This document shows, one piece after another, positions 44,452 through 44,540 of a stretch of DNA of 44,540 nt (positions are counted from its first letter, which is position 1; each line of letters starts with the position of its first letter). The translations under genes were made by a program, and so were the position numbers. This DNA is from Armatimonadota bacterium (GTDB lineage: Bacteria; Armatimonadota; Zipacnadia; Zipacnadales; UBA5352), in NCBI GenBank assembly GCA_034722055.1, contig JAYENL010000077.1, positions 1 through 44,540 on the forward strand, read 5' to 3'. Below the pieces are notes generated by a model, which had not been told where the DNA came from, searched no databases, and saw only the letters and a list, made by a program, of their open reading frames with translations.

Positions 44452-44540
44452 ATGTCCGAGAGTAAGGTCGCTCTTGCAGTCGGCGCTCACCCCGATGATG
44501 TGGAGTTCCTGATGGCCGGGACCCTGGCGCTGCTGGGCGA
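44452..44540 (+). CDS. PIG-L/LmbE family deacetylase (N-terminal fragment; runs off the window)
   Basis: Absent from the ORF track. Manual translation gives MSESKVALAVGAHPDDVEFLMAGTLALLG with the HPDD motif; GGAG RBS upstream. Confidence 0.85.
   Translation, partial: MSESKVALAVGAHPDDVEFLMAGTLALLG

Overview
A GC-rich bacterial chromosomal window with about 33 genes, two of them cut by the window edges. The gene mix suggests an Armatimonadota-like Terrabacteria lineage, but this is inference only. The housekeeping backbone includes pyrK-pyrD, a PrsA-type foldase, iscU, recJ, yjbQ, a class V aminotransferase with serA and surE, a PflX-like radical SAM protein, pyrG, pcrA/uvrD, a Ycf45-like AAA protein and tmk. 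Between these sit uncharacterised hydrolases (two DUF3604-like, a six-hairpin glycosidase-like enzyme, a DUF4139 protein) and an orphan amino-DNA methyltransferase. The right end is a glycan-utilisation region: a Gfo/Idh/MocA oxidoreductase, two secreted GH-like proteins, a multi-domain GH20 and a PIG-L deacetylase. Two signals stand out. (1) A compositionally foreign two-gene module between pyrG and pcrA encodes a P-loop-type protein with a broken Walker A and a TPR protein whose repeat block looks swapped in; it is a candidate conflict/immune-type system. (2) A family of at least 7 intergenic REP-like elements keeps a fixed head and tail but varies the hairpin stem, and an inverted ~110-bp doublet of them brackets the Gfo/Idh/MocA gene. 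I found no tRNA, rRNA, CRISPR array, integrase or transposase. All family calls come from motif recognition by eye, not from database searches.
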